From the human T2T-CHM13v2.0 reference genome, Homo sapiens: a stretch of 64,000 nucleotides of DNA. Below, piece after piece: positions 16,488-46,477 of this stretch. Position numbers and translations under genes: made by a program. Below the pieces are notes generated by a model. The model did no database searches, was not told the origin of the DNA, and saw only the letters and a program-made list of their open reading frames with translations. The DNA lies in the NCBI RefSeq assembly GCF_009914755.1, contig NC_060925.1; one strand, 5' to 3'. Position 1 is the stretch's first letter. Every line of letters begins with the position of its first letter.

Positions 16488-18308
16488 TTATCCCCATTCA
16501 GTATGATATTAACTGTGGGTCTCTCATTTATGGTTTTTTTATGCTGAGGTATGATCCTTCTATACTTAGTTTTTTGAGAGTTTTTATCATGAAGGAATGT
16601 TGAATTTTATCAAGTATTTTTAGCATCAATTGAAATGATCATATAGTTTTTACTCCTTCATTCATTGATATCATGTATCACATGGATTGATTTGCATATG
16701 TTGAAACATGCTTGCCTCCAAGGGACAAATTTCATTTAGTCATGATAAATGATCTTTCTAATGTACTGTTGAATCCAGTTTGCTAGTATTTTGTTGACAA
16801 CTTTTGCATCAATATTTACCAGGGATATTGGCCTGTGCTTTTCTTTTTTGGATGCATCTTTGTCTGGCTTTGGTTCAGAGCCATAGAATAAGTTTGAAAG
16901 TATTCCCTCCTCCTCTATTTTTTGGGGATAGTTCGAGTAGGATTGGTATTAGTTCTTCTTTAAATGTTTGGTAGAATTCTGTCATGAAGCCATTGGGCCC
17001 CAGGCTTTACTTTGCTGGGAAACTTTTGATTGCAGCTTCAATCTCATTACTTGGTACTGGTCTGTTCAAGTTTTGGATTTGTTTCTGGTTCAGTCTTGGC
17101 AGGTTGTATGTGTCTAGGAATTTGTCCATTTCTTCTAGATTTTCCAACTTATTAGCATATAGTTGTTCAGAGTATTCACTAATGATGCTTTGAATTTCTG
17201 CAGTATCAGTTATGATGTCTCCTTTTTCATTTATGATTTTATTTATTTGGATCTTCTCTCTTTTTTTCTTAATCTGGCCTAAAGTTTGCCAATTTTGTTT
17301 AACTTTTCAAAAAACCAACTTTTGTTTCATTGATCTTTTGTATTGTTTTTGTCATTTCAAATTCATTTATTTCTGCTGTGATCGTCATAATTTTTTTATT
17401 CTACTAATTTTAGATTTGGTTTGTTCTTGCTTTTCTAATTCTTTAGGATGTATCATTAGATTGTCTATTTGAAGTTTTTTCTCTTTTTTTGATGTAGGCA
17501 TTTATAGCTATAATCTTCCCTCTTAGTACTGTTTTTTCTATATCCAATAGGTTTTGGTATGTTGTGTTTTCATTACCATTTATTCCAGGAAATTTTTAAA
17601 TTTTCATCTTAATTTCTTCCTTGATCCACTGGTCATTCAGGAGCATATTGTTTAATTTTCTTGTATTTGTATAGTTTTCAAAATTCCTCTTGATATTAAT
17701 TTGTAGTTTTATTCCACTGTGGTCAAAGAAGATGCTTGATACTATTTCAATTTTTTAAAATGTTTTAAGACTTGTTTTGTGAAATAACACATGGTCTATT
17801 CTTGAGAAAAATCCATGTGTTAATGAGAAGAATGTGTATTCCGCAGCCATTGGATGAAGTGTTCTGTAACTATCTATTAGATATATTTGGCTTATAATGC
17901 AGATTATGTTTGATGTTTCTTTGCTGATTTGCTGTCTGGAAGATCTGTCCAATGTTGAAAGTGGGGTGTTGAAATCTCCAGCCATTATTGTATCAGGGCC
18001 TGTCTCTCTCCAACTCTAATAATATTTGCCTTGTGTATCTGGGTGCTTCAGTGTTGAGTGTTTATGTATTTAAATTTTTTATATTCTTTTGCTGAATTGA
18101 TTCCTTTATTATTATACAGTTACCTTCTTTGTCTCTTGTTATAGTTTTTGTCTTGAAATCTATTTTGTCTGATACAAGTATAGCTACTCCTGCTCTTTTT
18201 TGGTTTCCATTGGCATAGAATATCTTTTTCCATCCCTTTATTTTTAGTCTATGTGTTTATTTATAGGTGCAGTGTGCTTCTTGTAAGCAACGGGTCAACA
18301 GTTCTGCT

Positions 18309-18388
18309 ATAGGTTGGTGCAAAAGTAATTGCGGATTTTGCCATTACTTTTAGTGGCAAAAACCACAATTACTTTTGCACCAATCTAA
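18309..18388. mobile_element. MADE1 (Hsmar1-derived MITE)
   Basis: 80-bp near-palindrome aggttggtgcaaaagtaattgcg...caattacttttgcaccaatct. Confidence 0.93.
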
Positions 18389-21300
18389 ATATTTTCATTT
18401 ATTCAACCACTCTGTCATTTGATTGAAGTGTTTAGTCCATTTACATTTAGTGCTATATTGATAAGTGAAGACTTACTCCTGCCATTTTGTTATTGTTTTT
18501 TGGTCTCTTCCTTCTCTCTTTCCTTCCCATCTTTTTTTAGTAAAGGCAATTTTCTCTGGTGATATGATTTAGTTTCGTGCTTTTATTTTTTTGTGTATTC
18601 ATTGTATGTTTTTTTGTTTGAGGTTACCATGAGGCTTGCAAATACTATATTATAATCTATTATTTTAAGCTGATAACAACTTAATACTTTGCATAAACAA
18701 ACAAGCAAGCTAAAACTAATAAAAATTCTGCACACTAACTTCATCCCCTCAGTTTTTAATTTTTTGTTGTTTTTATTTATTTATTGTACTGTCTATGTCT
18801 TGAAAAGTTGTTTAGTTAGTTTTGAGTGATTCATTGTTTAGTCTTTCTACTTAGGATAAAGCAGTTCACACACCACAGTTACAGTGTTATAATATTCTGT
18901 GTTTTTCTGTGTACTTACTACTACCAGTGAGTTTTGAACCTTCAGGTGATTACTTATTACTCATTAATGTCCTTTTCTTTCTGATTGAAGTATTCCCTTA
19001 AGTTTTTCTTATAGGACAGGTCTGGTGTTGATCAAACCCCTCAGCTTTTGTCTGGGAAAATCTTTATTTCTCCTTCATGTTTGAAGGATATTTTCACTGG
19101 ATTTACTATTCTAGGATAAAAGTTTTTTGCCTCAGCACTTCAAGTACATCATGCCACTCTCTCCTGGCCTGTAACATTTCCAATGAAAAGTCTGATGCCA
19201 CATGTATTGGAGCTCCTTTGTATGTTACTTGTTTCTTTTCTCTTCTTCTTTTTAGAATCCTTTCTCTTTGATCATTGGGAGCTTAATTATTAAATGTCTT
19301 GAGGTAGTCTTCTTTGGTTTAAATCTGCTTGGTGTTCTATAACCTTCTCGTTATATTTGTGTTTGGATATTGATATCTTTCTCTAGGTTTGGTAAGTTCT
19401 CTGTTATCTTTTTGAATAAACTTTCTACCCCTATCTCTTTCTCTACCTCCTCTTTAGGGTCAATAATTCTTAGGTTTGCCCTCTTGAGGCTGTTTCTTAT
19501 ATCCCATAGGCATGCTTCCTTGTTTTTTATTCTTTTTTTCTTTTGTCTCTTCTAGCTGTGTATTTTCAAATAGCCTGTCTTCAGGCTCACTAATTCTTTC
19601 TTCTGCTTGATCAATTCTGCTATTAAGGCTCTTACACATTCTTTAGTATGCCAATTGCATTTTTCAACTCCAAAATTTTTTCTTGATCCTTTTTAATTAT
19701 CTCAATCTCTTTGTTAAATTTATCTAATAGAATTCTGAACTTCTTTGAGCTTGAACTTCTTTGAGCTTCCTCAGCTATTTTGAATTCCCTGTCTGAAAGG
19801 TCACATATTTCTGTTTCTCCAGGATTGGTCCTTGGTGTTTTATTTAATTCATTTGATGAGGTCATGTTTTCCTGGATGGCCTTGATGTATATGGATTTTC
19901 TTCAGTTTCTGGTCATTGAATAATTTGTTATTTATTGTACTGTCCTCTATCTGGACTTGTTTGTACCCATCCTTCTTGGAAAGGATTTCCGTATATTCTA
20001 AAGAACTTGGGTGTTGTGATCTAAGCTGTATCACTTTAGAGGCGCCCCAAGCCCAGTTATGCTGTGGTTCTTGCAGACTCGTAGTGGTACTGCCTTGATG
20101 GTCTTGGACAAGATCTGGGAGAATTCTCTGGATTACAAGGTGGAGACTCTTGTTCTCTTCCCTTACTTTCTCCCAAACAAAGAAAGTCTCTCTCTCTGTT
20201 CTGAGCCACCTAAAACTTGGAGTGAGTGACAAGCACCCCTGTGGCCACCACCACTATGACTGCACTGGGTCAGACCCGAAGCCAGTACAGCACTGAATTT
20301 CACCCAGGGCCTGCTATAACCACTCCCTGGGAATTGTCTGTGTTTGCTCAAGGCCCTGGGGCTCTACAATCAGCAGATGGCAAAGCCACCCAGGTCTGTG
20401 TCTTTCCCTTCAAGGTAGTGAGTTCCCTCATGCCCTGGGTGGGTCCAGAGGTGCCATCCGGATGTCAGGGACTAGAGTCAAAAACCTTAGAAGTCTACCT
20501 GGTGTTCTACTATACTGCAGCTGAGCTGGCACTCAAACCAAAAGATGCACTTACTTCTGCTTTCCAAAGGCAGAGGAGCCTCACTCCCACAGCTACCACA
20601 CCACAGGCCACAGGGAGTTCTGCCAGACTACCATTAATGTTCCCTTAAGACCCAAGGGCTCTTAAGTCAGCTTATGGTGAATTCTGCCTGGCCTGGGACT
20701 CATCCTTCAGGGAAATGGGCTCTCTTCTGGCCCAGGGCAGGTCCAGATATGCTGGCCAAGAGTCATGTACTAGAATTGAGGACTGCAAGAGCCCACTGAT
20801 GCTCTACCCCACTGTGGCCATGCTGGTACCTAAGTGGCAGGATAAAGTCCCTTTTACTTTTCTCTCTGCTTTTCTCAAGCAAAAGGAGTTTTGCCCCGTA
20901 GCCACCACAGCTGGAAATTTCTGAATTTCACCTGAAGCCACAAGTCTCAGAGTTTCAGCAAAGGCCCACAGCATACTACCTCACTACTGGTTATTCAGGG
21001 CCCAAGGACTCTTAGAAGGTGACGGGTCCTGCCAGAACCAGATCCTTCCCTTCAAGGCAGCAAGTTTCCTCTGCCCCAGGGTGTGCCTAGAAATGTCTGG
21101 GAACTAGGGTCTGGAACAGGGGTATGACCAGTGCCTTATCTGCTGTGGCTGAGCTGGTATCCAAGAAGTAAGACAAAGTGCTCCCCACCCTTCCCTGTCC
21201 TCTCCTCAAGCAGAAGGAAGGGGTCTCATTTGGAGCTATGAGTGGTACAGCCTGGGGTTAGGAGAGGGGTGATGCCAGCACTCCCTTAGTTGCCCAAGCT

Positions 21301-21822
21301 GGTTTCTCAGTATGTCACATGCCCCCCCAGTCCACTGTCTCTGGGCCCAGTTCAGCACTAGAACTCACCTAAGAGTTGCAGTTCTTATGGCCTAGACTGC
21401 CTTTCAAGTTTACTCAGAGACCCAGAGTACTCCAGCCCTCAGTGGTGAGGTTTGTGGGAACTTAAGTTCCGATCTCTGGGACCTACAATTCCTCTCTGGC
21501 AAGGGCTGATTTTAATGCTCCCTTCATGGGTGGGTGTCAGCTGAGTTTGGTCCAGTTTTCCTTTATGCTCTATCAGGACAGAACTGAGTTCAATTCCTCA
21601 CAATTGCTATGCTCTCCTTCCCCCAGTGCCCAGAGACACTCTCTGCACCCAGCCACCACAGCTAGGGTTGGGATGGGGGTGGCATCAGTGATTCAAGATT
21701 GCTTTTTCTATCTCTTCAGTGCCTCTTTCAGGGATAATATAGTTAAAGCCAGGTACTGTGAGAGTTCACCTGATTTTTTGTTCTTATGAGGTGTTTTTTC
21801 TGTGTACCTAATTGTTAAATTT

Positions 21823-22102
21823 GGCTGGGCATTGTGGCTCATCCCTAGAATCCCAGCACTTTGGAAGGCCAAGGCAGGTGGATCACCTGAGGTCAGGAGC
21901 TCGAGACCAGCCTGGCCAACATGGCAAAACCTGTCTTTACTAAAAATACAAAAATTAGCGCACTTGTACTCACAGCTATTCAAGAGGCTGAGGCAGGAGA
22001 AACACTTGAACCTGGAAGGCAGAGGCTTCAGTGAGCTGAGATCATGACACTGCACTCCAGCCTGGGCAACAAAGTGAGACTCTATCTCAAATTTAAAAAA
22101 TA
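21823..22102 (+). mobile_element. AluS nested in L1 5'UTR
   Basis: TSD aattgttaaatt. Confidence 0.92.
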
Positions 22103-22722
22103 AATTGTTAAATTGGTGTCCTTGTGGCAGGGATGATGGGTGGAATCTTTTATTCCACTAGCTTGCTCCTGTTGAGTTTGTTGAGTGTGTAAATTCATGT
22201 CTTTCATCAAATTTGGGAACCAAACTTTGGAAAATCATTCAGGATTATCTACTGTAGTTGAACATATGCATACTCAACAACCCAGCAATTTCACTCTTAA
22301 CAGTATATCCAAAAATAACTTTTGCATATATGCACTAAAATACTTATTTTAAAATGTGCGTAGCTGTGTTACTCATAAGAGCCAAAAACTAAATAGTTCT
22401 TATATCATAAACAACATAATAGATAAATAAATTCTGGTATAGCAATAACATTTACCATAGCTTCAAAAACATGAAATACTTAGAAACAAATAAATCAAAA
22501 ACATATGTGCAAGACCTGTACATTGAACATTACAAAGCACTGCCAAAAGTAATTAAAGAATAAATGGAAATATATACCATGTTCATAGATTAAAAACTCA
22601 ATTCATTTTCCCAAATTAATCTATCTATGCAGTGCAAAGTCAAAATTGCAGTAGCCTTTTTTATAGAAATAAAGTTGATTCTAAAATTTGTATGAAAGAA
22701 ACTTAGCTAGTTTCTGCATCTT

Positions 22723-26596
<3,874 letters not shown>

Positions 26597-26795
26597 ACTA
26601 AAAAGCTGTAGGTTGTTAAAGGAAGAGGCTTCCATTATGTATCTGAAAGCAAAATCTGACTTTCTGTGTGTGCTAAGTAAAGAAGAGCTGTGTTTCTAGG
26701 CAAAGACTCTGAAGAAAACAAACTACTGATATATTTGATTTGGGGAAGCATAAAATCTTGAAAATAGTGAAAAACACTTAAGAGGGAGTAGTTAA

Positions 26796-27169
<374 letters not shown>

Positions 27170-28978
27170 TCCTTGGCCAACTTTTACAGGTGTGTGCTCT
27201 GGTAAGAAGCTGACATTGATCTATGAGATGAGTGAAATCTGTTCTGTTGTTACTTTTTTACTATGACCAAATGTCATTCCATCTCTTCCTAAGGGAATAA
27301 GAATTTATTATTGTTAACAAGGAGAGAAATGTTAGAGCTGTATTTAATATATGTCATGTTTGAGATACCCATCAGCCATCCAAGTAAAGATGTTCAGTAG
27401 ATAATAGGTTATGTCAATCTGGAATTTCAGGTACACATCAAGTCTGAGAGTTATCAGCCTATAAATGGTATTTACAACTACAGATTGGATGAAAACACCT
27501 TAGGGAGAGAATGTATCTAGCTAGAGCCCTGCATGGGGAGAGGTCTCTAAACTTGGCAGGATACAACAAAGTTGTATGAGAATAATGATCAGGAGGTCCA
27601 TAAATAATCCTAAATATTTCATGATGTATTGCATTTAAATACAGAAAAACATACAAGAACTTTAAAGGGTAAAATTGACCCAACTTTACTTGAAAATTCT
27701 GAGTATTAAACTGCAAATAAGTCATAAATAAAGGAAACATATTTATAAAAATGAAATTTAATGATAGCATTCAGTACACACTCCATGCCTCGCATTATAT
27801 AAGCACTTGGAGAATGAGATGAGTGGGAAGACTTCTCTCATGAAGTTTTGAACTCATCCTTCCATTCATTCTATCAAGAAATACTTAGCCAATTCTTTTG
27901 AGGTAACTGATACATGCTTAAGTAATGGGTATATGTCTGTGAACAAGACAGACATACTTATGAAATTCAATGGAAAAGATAGCATTAATTGATAGCATTG
28001 ATAGATGGATAAAAAAGATAGAATATACCACTCAAGTGCAAAGTATAGGATGCTATGGGCACTTTTATATCAGGGAGAACTAACATAATCAAGGAGTCAT
28101 AGAAAGTTTCTCGGAAGTAAATTTTTAGCTAAAAATTTAAAGAAGGAATGAGTAGAGAGTCACCAAGAGTGTAGAAAATAATGCCCAAGGCAAAACGAAC
28201 AGCAAGTGTAAAAAGTTTGAGAAGAGAGCCTCAAGCAGTTGAGAAATAGAAAGAATAATCTGACCAGAGTAAGAGATGAGACTGAAGAATTAAGTATTCG
28301 GGCTGTGATAAGGTGGGGTCCTTGCAAGTCTCACTAAGGATTTTAGACTTTATCATAAGGTAACTGGGAATAACACAGTAAGAACTTGTTTACCAAAGCT
28401 CACTACTGTAAGTGATATAATATATACAACTAAAAATGTCTGTAGAATCACAGAGGAGGGAAAGACCAACTGGTCAGGTGGGCTTCCCAAGAAGCAGCAT
28501 TTTAGTCAAACTTTGAAGAATCTGAGAGATTCTACCAGGCAGCAAAAGAGAAAGGGCATTACAGAAAGAGGGAATGACAAGGACAAAGGCACAACTATCT
28601 TTAAAAAAAAAAAAAAAAAGAGCTGGGCATGCTGGGAACAGGAGAAACCATAAAGTATAGCATTGTAAAGTGACATGAGCACAGTGAGAAATAAGGCTAA
28701 GAGGCACATTCCTAACATTTGTGTACAAATGGTATAATGTGGCACAAGGAACATATGTTTAAATATTTAAAAGTTATAAATCATGTTAACAAACAAAATT
28801 TGTTCTCCTCTCTACGTATCTTCAAATTCAAAATATGGTGGATGACAAGATGTGGAGTACAGGTAAATATGATAAATTTACTTTTATACAGGCCTTTAAT
28901 TTATACTTAACAGTCCAAGTATTATATCTTTATAGGAGTTTAACAAGTCACTCCAGTTCTAAATCAAAGTTCATGAAC

Positions 28979-29339
28979 TGTATTAGTCAATTTTCAAACT
29001 GCTATAAAGTTACTACCTGAGACTGGGTAATTTATGAACAAAAGAGGGTTAATTGACTCACAGTTCTGCATGGGTGGGGAGGTCTTACAATCATTGCGAA
29101 AGGGGAAGTGTCACCTTCTTCACAAGGCAGCAGGAAAGAAAGAGTGAAAGAGGAAGTGCCACTTTTAAAACCATCAGATCTTATGAGAACTCACTCACTA
29201 GCACTAGCACAGCACAGGGGAAACTGCTCCCATGATCCAGTCACCTCCCATTAGGTCCCTCCCTCAACACATGAGGATTACAATTTGGATTACAATTCAA
29301 GATGAGACTTGGGTGGGGACACAGAGCCAAACCATATCA
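28979..29339 (-). mobile_element. THE1 solo LTR
   Basis: tgtattagtc...agagccaaaccatatca; 5-bp TSD tgaac. Confidence 0.9.
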
Positions 29340-29715
29340 TGAACCTTATGATTAAAGTTACATAAATCTTATCAGAAAACAATAATTAACAGTAAACTTC
29401 TGGGTTCTAGGACCAGTCTTTTTAATGATTCCAGTAATTACTGCATATCTGATATGAATAATTAGATATGAACACAAGACTGTATAAGACTGGAAAGTTT
29501 TCAGACTCTATTAAATAGGTGAAAATGGAAAACTGCCACTGAGTGCGGTTAGCTCCACTAGAATCTTACAGGGACTTACAATGGTATCTAAACAAATTCT
29601 TTACTATGCAAATTCATTTATTTAATGTTTCTACTCCCTTATCATGCTGTTTTCCATAGCACAAAATTAGGTATCCAGCTTTTAGGCCTTTTTGATGTTT
29701 TTAGAATGTTTTTGA

Positions 29716-29985
29716 ATTTTTTATTGATATATCATAGTTGTATATATTTTTGAGGTACATATTTTCATACATGTATACAATGTGTAATGACCAAATCAGA
29801 GTAATAGGGATATCCATTACCTCAAACATTTATCTTTTATTTGTGTTGAGAACACTACAATTCTTCTCTCCTAGCTTTTTGAATTATATAATAAATTAAT
29901 GTTAAGTATAATTTCTCTATAGTACTATTAAATAAAATAATTCATTCCTTCTATCTAAACAGTATTTTTGTACCCATTAACCAAT
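29716..29985 (-). mobile_element. L1MA-type 3' end fragment
   Basis: tttttattgatatatcatagttgtatatatt...tacccattaacca. Confidence 0.7.
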
Positions 29986-30227
29986 TTTGCCTTAATTCCA
30001 GTCATATCTTCTTAACCTTTCCCTGAGTCAAAGTTCATTTCTCTCTCTTCTCCGAACACCAACTCACTTATTTTAACACTTAAATTAACTATTTATATAT
30101 ATAGTTTATACGTAAACTGTATATAAATAGTTATACATAGTTTATAAATAGTTTACATATAAACTATATATAATTTATTTTAATGTTAAAGTGAGTGAGT
30201 TGGTGTTCAGAGAAGGGAGAGAATACA

Positions 30228-30228
<1 letters not shown>

Positions 30229-30278
<50 letters not shown>
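30229..30278. repeat. (TG)n microsatellite
   Basis: About 24 TG units. Confidence 0.97.
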
Positions 30279-30282
<4 letters not shown>

Positions 30283-31699
30283 GAAACTAAATTCCAAAAA
30301 GGGAAAAACTGTTCCTAGAGGAGGCATGGGCATAAAGATAGGGTGTGTTTTAAGCAGAGGAACTCTGCTAAAGTAAGGCAAAGCCAGCAGAACTTTTAAC
30401 AACCATGCACACTGGTATGACAGATTGGAATCTATAGGAGCCCCAAATGCAGAGGTAATCCTGCCTACCTTTCAATTATCTCCATGAGACTTTTGTTGAG
30501 TAAGTAGCAGCACAACAGGCTGGTGGCTGGGCTGGAAAGCAAAAGTCTTAAAGCCCTTAGGTCTCAAAATCCTTTTAGAGGGGGAGCCCTGTAATACACA
30601 CAGAACAGGTAACATTCTCTAGATATTTGAAACTAGAGGTGAACTGAAACTACCTAGAGCTGCAACTCAGCACTGACTCAGCTTGACTCCTCACAAAGAA
30701 AGGGCACACTTTTCCTGGGAGGAAATAATACTTATTTGAATCTCTATAATTATTTTAAAAACAATGAGGTTTAAGCATATAAATTTTAAAATGTCAGTAT
30801 CAGTGCATGTAATTTTTTAAATGGGAGACATGTGAAGAACTGGGAAAATGTGAACCATAATTAAGAAAAAAATTATAAATATGTTAAAGAAATTGATGAA
30901 AAAATGAAGATTTTCAACAGAGAAATTGAATCTCTAAAAAAAAATTCTCAAGGCACAGCCCACTTTTTATAAATAAGGTGAGGGAATAGGAGAGTTCAAA
31001 GTGTGGCCTTAGGCTACATCCTCTCTAGGTACCTCACGATTTGACAGCTTCTGTAGACAACCCCTTGGCAAGGACATCAGCATGTAGAAGTGTATGCCAG
31101 TCACAGTGTTTATGATAAAACTCACCTCCAGTGACTCTGAGGACAAAGTAGATGAAGGAGAGGAAGGATTTAGCTTCTATCATCTCAGACATGCGCCTGC
31201 AAGACATACCTAGAATCTTTCAGGGAAAACTACTTGAGACTTGAAGAAAAACTAGAGGTCAAGCTTGGAAAAAATGCAATTTAAATTTGAGTCATTATCA
31301 TTAGTGTAATCACATTTATATATATGGTATCCTGCTCTTTTTCCACTTAGAATTAATAGGCTTATGATTAGGAAACATCATTTTAAACATACTACACATA
31401 AAACCCAATAAAGAAATCAGCTTTGGGAATCTTTTGAACTTACCTTCTGGCATACATCAGGCAGGAAATTGGAAAAGCAAATATCATAGGAAACAGATTG
31501 AAAAATAAGCAGAATAAGGTATCACGTGACAGTAGAAAACTTCTTGATATATGCCTCCTGATGACAAAATAAGTACATTTCCCACCATGAATTTCTCAAC
31601 CTTCTCGCTATGTACCGACATGCTCTGCCTTCTTACCTATTTCAAATGTTCCAAATTCTTTCCCATAGTGTCCTCTCTTTAGCCCTACGTCATCAAATG

Positions 31700-32730
31700 T
31701 TGTTTCTCCAGTGGATCATTCCCATCATTATAGTTGCTACAATAGTTCCTATCTTAAACTACCTCTCTCAGCTACTGACCATTTCTGTTTCTCTTCGCAG
31801 CAAAATCCCTTGAAAAGATTTGTCTATATTCACCATCCTGCTTTATCACTGTCCATTCTCTTCTAGACCTGTTCCTATAAGGTTTCTTCTTGTCAAGTTT
31901 GCTAATGATCTATATCTTGGCAATGCCAATAATACGTTTTTATTTAATTTCTCAAAAAGTTGACTACTCCATCCCTTCTCCTCCTAGCCTGTCTCATCTC
32001 AGTGAACAATAGTATCATACATTCAAGGATAAGGTAAAAAATCTAAGAGTTATCCTTGAGTCATCTCTTTTCCTCATACATCACACCAAATCAAGTCCTA
32101 ATAGCACTACCTCCAAAATAAATTCAAAATCAATTCCTTACCTTTTCCATTGTATAACTGCAGCCCAAGCCTCCATGACTTCTCATATGAACTATTAAAA
32201 GAGCTTCCTAACTGATTTTCCTGACTCAGCTCTTGGCCCTCTACCACCTTTTCTTCACAAGACTATTATCCTGAAGCACAAATCAGGTTATAGCATTCTC
32301 CCGCTTAAGACCCTTTTAATGTCTTCCCATTATACTTAAAGTAAAATTCAGCTCCTTTCCATGACTTTCAAAGCGCTATGTGATCTAGCCTCTGCTTATA
32401 TTTCCGTCTTCACTTCCCTCCTGCATTGCATTGCAGCCACATTGGCCATCACTATTTCACTCAAATATGAAAGCTCATTTTTCTCTTAGGGACCTTATCC
32501 TTGCTGCTTTTCTGCCTAGAATATCCTTTCCCTAGATATTCACACTGGTAACTCCTTCTCATCCTTCAAGCCTCAAGCTAAATGTCACCTATTGATTGAG
32601 GCTTTCTATGTTTATTATTCCCACTAGAATATAAGCACCTTGAGGTCAGGAAACTATCCAACTTGCAAATTACTTTATTTTCAATGCCTAGAATAGTGAC
32701 TCACAGGCACTAGATAAATACTTGTTCATA
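31700..32730 (+). mobile_element. Degenerate L2 3' region
   Basis: ctacctccaaaata, ctagaatataagcaccttgagg, aatacttgtt end motif. Confidence 0.55.
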
Positions 32731-32861
32731 AACTTAACTCCTTTAGAATATTTTGAGCATTCATTATAATTATAAAGGCCATCAACATATGTATATTAAA
32801 TATTTATGTACCAAATCCTGTGCTTTGTGCTAAGGGTAAAAAGACAAATAAAATTCTATCT

Positions 32862-34745
32862 AGAGAATGACATCAGCAAGATAGTGGGATGGGAGGTGCC
32901 AACCCTCAACTCCCCAGAGAAATGCCAATTTTAAAACCACCCATGGATAAGAATACCTTTCAGGAGCTCAGGAGTCTAGCTGAGATGTTCTAGAATCATG
33001 GTGGAGCAAAAAAAATTCAATAATGTGTGCATTAAAGTAGGTAAGAACAGTTACATTTTATGCACATCACCCCCTACACAAGATGGCACAGCTCAGTGCC
33101 AAGGAAGAACCCCTTGGTTGATGATTTCTCCCACAGGTGGAAGTGAGGGAAAAGTGAGCACTCAGCTCTCCCAGAATTGAAGGTTGAATCCAAAAAACCC
33201 CGTTCTATCTTGTCCCATCCAGAACACTGAGAGGATTAGCACAACTGAATTGTCTGGCAGCAAGAAGCAGTGAAAAGGAGCAGAAGCTCAAAGCAGAGGG
33301 CACACAGATCTCAATAATTGGCCACAGATGTTACTGGCTGGCCTGTAGATATCACCAATGAACCCTGTGGGGATGTGTCACATGTGAACCCCCAAATTAA
33401 CTGATATGTCAAGCACTCCATGCACATACTCCCACCACCACCACCATCACCAGCACCTTGCACTCCTCCACAGATGGCACCCCAGGTTCCCCTGAAGACA
33501 GTACATGTGCTCCCCTGAAGATGGCAAACATGAGCCTGCAAAGACAGTGCACAGATATCAACAGATAGCTCAACTCTGCTAAACGGGGAGAAGGTGCACA
33601 ACTTTGATCACTCCAGATCACAGCCCTAGTGAGAGGAGGTGCCAGCTGGGCTTCCTGGGTCAAGTAGGGGCTCAGAAAGCTGTGAAACTCACTCATTCCT
33701 GCATCAGGACTTACTTCGGTCCTGGATGAATAATATTGAAGATATATGCTTAAAATATTCCTAACACCCAGATTTGTGCGTGTGTTTTCTTCCCCAAGAA
33801 AGCTATAAACAATGAAAATTTTGCTGTAAGCATCCCTGTGTCCTCTCTCCCTCTCTTCCTTCCCCTTCCCCCAAAACTAAAAAGAATGTTGACTGCCCAT
33901 TTTTCTGTGACCAGCAGACTTTATCTATGCTCCCAATTCCAATTCCTTGTAAACATACTTTGTAAAATCCTATAAAATCCTGTCTCCTTTGCCATGCCAC
34001 TGCAAGGTCATAAAGTAGATAAAACCTAAGCTGCAATTCCGGTTTTCCTCAAAATCTAAGACATGTCACAAAATAATTTACTGCCTTTGTTTCTCACTCT
34101 GGTAACATCTTCCCTCCGCATGTATTTCCCACCTTAAAGAGTTGAAAAGGCAACTGCATAATCTAACTCTGGCTACCTGTTTGGGACCCCTTCCACACTG
34201 TGGAAGCTTTGTATTTTCACTCTGCCCAATAAAGCCTATGTCTTTTTCTCTCTTTCGGTCCATGTCTCTATCACTCGCTGCGGGCAGCTGCCACACCAAT
34301 TCTTTGGCATGGCTAAGGCAAGGACCTTTGGCATTACACTAGGAGAAGTAAATGGAAAGTTCTCACTACCTGGCCTGGTTTTATGGGATCAAGGGAAGGC
34401 ATACAATCCTGACACTATCCCCCAAGAGGGAATAAGAACAGTAAGGGGATACATCAACTGAAATGATCTGAGACACCTCCAGATCTCTAGCCAGGCTGAA
34501 TGGTGAAGATTGTTCTCTCGCAATGCCAGTAATCGAAGACTTGAGAAGTTTACTCCTTCTTCAAATGAGAAGGCAACAAGGCAAGGCTTCAAAGAACATA
34601 AAAAATCAAGGAAATATACCACCAAAATAATAATAATAAAGCTCCAGTGGCTGACCCCAAAGAAATAGAGATATATGAATTGCCTAAAAAGAATTCAAAA
34701 TAATTATCTTTAAAAAGCTTAGTAAGCTACAAGAGGAAAAACTAA
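32862..34745 (+). mobile_element. Old L1M 5'UTR and ORF1 start, interrupted by MER50
   Basis: gacatcagcaagat start; gaccccaaagaaatagagatatatgaattgcct ORF1 N-terminus. Confidence 0.6.
33630..34338 (+). mobile_element. MER50-like ERV1 solo LTR
   Basis: TGAGAGGAGGTGCCAGCTGGGCTTCCTGGG...GGCATTACA; 4-bp TSD ctag. Confidence 0.8.
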
Positions 34746-46107
<11,362 letters not shown>

Positions 46108-46318
46108 AATCCAATGAATATTAATGCCTCAGCTGTCTTAGAAAGTATGATAAATGTGTTCAGCATAATCCCCATTGCTACTTAGCAACTCCAAGATATT
46201 TTAGCAATTTACTATACAAACTTTATGCAAATATTTTGGTCTTGATTCAAGTTCCTAAGTTAAGCAGATACATAAATACCTTTGGTACATTTCCAAAAGG
46301 TTTGTTTAACATGCAAAA
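46108..46318 (+). promoter_or_regulatory. Residual CLCA3P proximal promoter/5'UTR with octamer ATGCAAAT (46225-46232) and TATA-like CATAAATA (46271-46278)
   Basis: The only non-repeat sequence between the L1PA 5' end and the ATG. The motifs were read directly; their function is inferred from position. Confidence 0.5.
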
Positions 46319-46477
46319 ATGGTGTTCAGTCTGAAGGTGATTCTCTTCCTATCCTTGCTTCTCTCGCCTGTATTGAAAAGCTCACTGGTAACTTTGAATA
46401 ACAATGGATATGATGGCATTGTCATTGCAATTAATCCCAGTGTACCAGAAGATGAAAAACTCATTCAAAACATAAAG
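46319..46477 (+). pseudogene. CLCA3P: CLCA3P exon 1 coding part (signal peptide, 53 codons)
   Basis: ATG at 46319, hydrophobic leader, donor AAG|gtaagg. Confidence 0.95.
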
